From a bacterium (GTDB lineage: Bacteria; Zhuqueibacterota; Zhuqueibacteria; Oceanimicrobiales; Oceanimicrobiaceae), in NCBI GenBank assembly GCA_037446635.1, contig JBBIIG010000074.1, positions 1 through 18,859 on the forward strand: 18,859 nt of DNA, written 5' to 3'. How positions within the stretch are numbered: the stretch's first letter is position 1; the number at the start of each line of letters is the position of its first letter. The translations under genes were made by a program, and so were the position numbers. Shown here piece by piece: positions 15,803 through 18,859 of the stretch. A model generated the notes under the pieces. It saw nothing but the letters and a program-made list of their open reading frames with translations, was not told the origin of the DNA and ran no database searches.

Positions 15803-17365
15803 GTGCTAAGCAAGAAGATCAAAGTATTAATCATTAGCGTGCTGATGTTGTGCACGTCTCTGATGGCGGGGGGAGATTGCAATAAAACCGCCACCGGAAA
15901 GGTTCCTTTAAACGATTTGGGGGCCGGGTTTTACCAGGGATTTGTAGGAGGGTTGTTCCCTGGCGGGTTAAATACGCCGCCGGCCCCGCATGATTCCGCC
16001 GGCCGGGCGCTCGCCCTCGCCATCCAACCGCTTGACGCCAACGGCCAGATCGACGTGGTCAACGGGGACATCGTTTTGGTGACCATCGGCATGTCCAATA
16101 CCTCGCGCGAATCTGACGTCTTCATCCCGTTGGCCAACTCGGATCCCGTCAAAAACCCAAAAGTGAAGATAGTGAACGGCGCCTTAGGCGGCCACGACGC
16201 CAAAATGGCTGCTGACATCAACAATGACTATTGGCAATTCGTGCAAGACCAGATCGCCGCTGCCGGATTTACCAATGCGCAAGTGCAAGCGGCGTGGGTC
16301 AAACAGGCCACCGGCGGCCCGAAAGATCCGTTTCCGGCGGAGGCGGTCGAACTGCAAGGCTACCTGGAGCAGATTGCCCGCAATCTAAAATTTTACTTTC
16401 CCAATTTGAAAATTGCTTATTATTCCAGCCGCATTTACGCTGGGTATGCCACCTCGAATCTCAATCCAGAGCCGCACGCTTACGAAAGCGGCTTTTCTGT
16501 GAAATGGATGATTGACAAACAGATCAACGGCGACCCCAACCTGAATTACGATCCCGCCAAAGGCCCGGTGGTAGCCCCCTATCTCACCTGGGGCGCATAT
16601 CTCTGGGCTGATGGCTTAACCCCACGCAGCGATGGCCTAATTTGGGAATGCGCTGATCTTCAGGATGATGGCACCCATCCCTCCGAGTCCGGCAAAGCAA
16701 AGGTGGCGGAGCTCTTGCTTAATTTTTTTAGAACCAACCCCGCTGCTGCCCCGTGGTATTTAAACAACGGCACCGTGCCGGTCGAACTCATCAACTTCGA
16801 GGCCGGGATACAAAATTTTGACGTGGTTTTAAGATGGGCTACGGCCAGTGAAACTAACAATTTGGGTTTTGATATTGAAAGAAAAAGCGGTCACGCGCCA
16901 TTTCAGAAAATCGCTTTTGTGCCAGGAAATGGCTCCACCAGCGCCCAAAGTTTTTATGAATATCGCGACTCGGCGCTGCCGCCCGGTTTCTATTCGTATC
17001 GACTGAAGCAAATCGATACCAACGGTGACGTCAGCTTTTCATCGGACGTGACGGTGCAGATTAACGCCCCGCAGGGCTTTTCGTTGGAACCCAATTATCC
17101 CAATCCGTTTCGCCATTCCACCACGTTTGTTTTTAAATTAGCGGAACCTTCGTTTGTGAGCCTGCGGATTTATAACCTGCTGGGCCAGGAGGTCGCGCGC
17201 CTGGTCTCGCAAGATTTGGACGCTGGTTTACACCAGGTGCGGTGGGAGGTAAATCATCAACCCAAAAACCTGACGCCCGGAATTTATTTTGTCATTCTCC
17301 GCCACCGAGGGCCGGATGGCATGGAACGCCCAATCGGCAAACGAAAACTACTTTTTTTGGATTGA
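15803..17365 (+). CDS. Secreted protein: signal peptide, SGNH-hydrolase-like domain, PVEL/Ig-like linker and T9SS type A-like C-terminal sorting domain
   Basis: GTG start after an AGGA. The N-terminus is basic then hydrophobic, ending ...SLMA. SGNH-like blocks are IGMSN, NGALGG and DGTHPS. These are followed by VPVELINF..WATASETNNLGFDIER..YRLKQIDTNG and NYPNPF...LRIYNLLGQEV...GIYF. Confidence 0.8.
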   Translation: MLSKKIKVLIISVLMLCTSLMAGGDCNKTATGKVPLNDLGAGFYQGFVGGLFPGGLNTPPAPHDSAGRALALAIQPLDANGQIDVVNGDIVLVTIGMSNTSRESDVFIPLANSDPVKNPKVKIVNGALGGHDAKMAADINNDYWQFVQDQIAAAGFTNAQVQAAWVKQATGGPKDPFPAEAVELQGYLEQIARNLKFYFPNLKIAYYSSRIYAGYATSNLNPEPHAYESGFSVKWMIDKQINGDPNLNYDPAKGPVVAPYLTWGAYLWADGLTPRSDGLIWECADLQDDGTHPSESGKAKVAELLLNFFRTNPAAAPWYLNNGTVPVELINFEAGIQNFDVVLRWATASETNNLGFDIERKSGHAPFQKIAFVPGNGSTSAQSFYEYRDSALPPGFYSYRLKQIDTNGDVSFSSDVTVQINAPQGFSLEPNYPNPFRHSTTFVFKLAEPSFVSLRIYNLLGQEVARLVSQDLDAGLHQVRWEVNHQPKNLTPGIYFVILRHRGPDGMERPIGKRKLLFLD

Positions 17366-17396
17366 TCGATAACTATAACTATAAAAGGAAACCTAT

Positions 17397-18143
17397 ATGA
17401 GCCTTCACCGCGATCAACAAAAACAGGCGAGGCATCGAGAGGATGATATTTTAAAAATCGAGCCATCGCAAAACCGTCAGTACTTGCTCATCCTCGGCGC
17501 TCCGCGCTCGGGAACAACTCTGCTCACGGCCATGATTGGGCGCCACGACGAAGTGGCGCTGCTGGTTGAAGACAAGCGGCTCGCCTTCGCCAAAATTGTA
17601 AGCAAAACCGTGGTCGGTAACAAGCTGTGCGTTCCCAGCCAGATTGAATTCGAAAATAAATGGGATGAACGGTATGCCCGCTTCTCGAAATATTCCATTG
17701 AAAAATATTTAGAGCTCCCCAATTTTCACGCGATTCTTATCGTGCGCAACGGCAACGACGTGGTCAGCTCCATCATGACGCGGGCGGATAAATCTTTGGA
17801 AGTGTCATCCTATTACTGGACGAGAGCCATCGAGATCATGTATGAACTAAAGCGCCGTCTCGAAAGCGCGGCGCTGGTGATCTCTTATGAAGGCCTGCTC
17901 GCCAACCCCGAGGGCCAGATGAAACGAGTGGCGAAATTTCTTGGGCTTGACTATCAACCCAAGATGCTGGACGGCTACAAGTACAACCCCATTTATCCGG
18001 AATATTCCAGCATCGATGTGAGCAAGGCCAAACCGAAAACTGAAACGCCGGCGCCGATCAACTTGCAGCAAAGCCATCCCGAGATTTGGAAAAAATACTT
18101 AGAATTAAATAACAGCGCGTCAGGGTTGCATGAGAAATTTTAG
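17397..18143 (+). CDS. PAPS-dependent sulfotransferase family protein
   Basis: An AAAGGA RBS lies upstream of the ATG. Motifs are the 5'-PSB loop ILGAPRSGTTLL, the 3'-PB motif IVRNGNDVVSS and ISYEGLLANP...VAKFLGL. Confidence 0.85.
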   Translation: MSLHRDQQKQARHREDDILKIEPSQNRQYLLILGAPRSGTTLLTAMIGRHDEVALLVEDKRLAFAKIVSKTVVGNKLCVPSQIEFENKWDERYARFSKYSIEKYLELPNFHAILIVRNGNDVVSSIMTRADKSLEVSSYYWTRAIEIMYELKRRLESAALVISYEGLLANPEGQMKRVAKFLGLDYQPKMLDGYKYNPIYPEYSSIDVSKAKPKTETPAPINLQQSHPEIWKKYLELNNSASGLHEKF

Positions 18144-18783
18144 GAACACCGAAGAACTCCTCCGCGCGTTTCGGCGCGCCCTCGACCCCCAGACGCTCAC
18201 CGCGGACTTTGAAAGTTTGTTTCACCGAGAATATCCGGCGCTGGGGTTGGAGGTAACTGGCTGCCGAGTGGGTCAAGTGTATCACAAGCCCGGCAAAGCC
18301 TGTGAAATTACCTATCATTTGCAGGGGTGGGATCGAAAAAAACAGCCGTATGAAAATTGGTTTCATGGCAAATTGGCAATGGAAAAAGCAGCGCCGCCGA
18401 CTTTGCAACAAGCAGGCAGTTGGCCCGGCTGCGGTTTTTGGAAACCGCAGATAGTCTGGCCAGAACTGAATATGATCCTGTACGCTTTTCCGTACGATCC
18501 CAAGCTTCCCTATCTGGGCCAACTTTTGGAATCCGGTTTTGTTAAGAAAATTATTACGGAAAACCTCTCGGCGTTTGGTTTAAACAATGACTGGAGCTGC
18601 CAGAAAGTAACCTGCCAGCCGGTAAAATACCGTTTTGGAAAAAGTTGCACCCTGCGCTACCAGGTCGAGATGAGCCAGGGCGGGACGAATCAAAAAATAA
18701 GTTTTTACAGCAAGACCTATCATTCTAACCAAAGCCGTTATGTTTACGACGTGCTTCGACGGGTCTGTGAAAGCCCCCGATGA
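18130..18783 (+). CDS. Third APH-fold paralog, N-terminal part; apparently premature TGA, with the homologous frame continuing to the window end (possible pseudogene or sequence error)
   Basis: YHKPGKAC, YAFPYDPKLP, KYRFGKSC and FYSKTY align with the two upstream paralogs. After TGA 18781-18783 the same frame reads NHGPLRVPPPIHHLDDAITYCQTAW, which matches AVNVPKPLAHFENTRTTWYEDW. Confidence 0.7.
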   Translation: MRNFRNTEELLRAFRRALDPQTLTADFESLFHREYPALGLEVTGCRVGQVYHKPGKACEITYHLQGWDRKKQPYENWFHGKLAMEKAAPPTLQQAGSWPGCGFWKPQIVWPELNMILYAFPYDPKLPYLGQLLESGFVKKIITENLSAFGLNNDWSCQKVTCQPVKYRFGKSCTLRYQVEMSQGGTNQKISFYSKTYHSNQSRYVYDVLRRVCESPR

Positions 18784-18859
18784 AACCACGGCCCTTTGCG
18801 AGTGCCGCCCCCGATTCACCATCTCGATGACGCGATCACTTACTGCCAGACGGCGTGGG

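Noticed and set aside
17369..17384. ATAACT-ATAACT-ATAA mini-repeat before the sulfotransferase, sharing TATAACTAT with 14768-14776
   Set aside because: It is too short and AT-rich to distinguish from chance, so it was not called as an operator.
18781..18783. Genome-wide TGA recoding (genetic code 4 or 25)
   Set aside because: TGA serves as a true stop in many genes here, including the ATGA/GTGA overlaps at 8846, 11185 and 12603.
1..18859. CRISPR array, tRNA/rRNA, transposase or integrase
   Set aside because: The window is almost fully coding, the gaps are under 90 nt, and no spaced repeats or such motifs were seen.

Overview
The window is one uninterrupted + strand run of 15 protein-coding genes, with short gaps and several start/stop overlaps, so it looks like the inside of a long operon that is cut at both ends. 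In order: an alginate-export (AlgE-family) porin (5' partial); a NitT/TauT-type ABC ATPase fused in frame to a flavin-dependent halogenase-like domain; a free carrier protein; a fatty acyl-AMP ligase-like enzyme; a DUF3179-like CxxC protein with a duplicated C-terminal module; a second halogenase-like enzyme; LpxL/HtrB-like acyltransferase 1; two APH/choline-kinase-fold proteins; a GT4 glycosyltransferase; acyltransferases 2 and 3, separated by a perfect 13-bp hairpin; a secreted SGNH-like protein with a T9SS-type tail; a sulfotransferase; and a third kinase-fold gene interrupted by an in-frame TGA. My reading (inference) is a biosynthetic cluster that activates an acid, halogenates it on a carrier protein and transfers it to a glycosylated or sulfated lipid or surface glycan. 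No ketosynthase is present in the window. The most unusual points are the ABC ATPase-halogenase fusion, three acyltransferases that all lack the acidic partner of the catalytic His, and two kinase-fold proteins that lack the catalytic Asp. The T9SS-like tail suggests an FCB-group host such as KSB1, Ignavibacteria or Calditrichota (inference). I saw no rRNA, tRNA, CRISPR array or transposase. All family calls come from motif recognition by eye, not from database searches.
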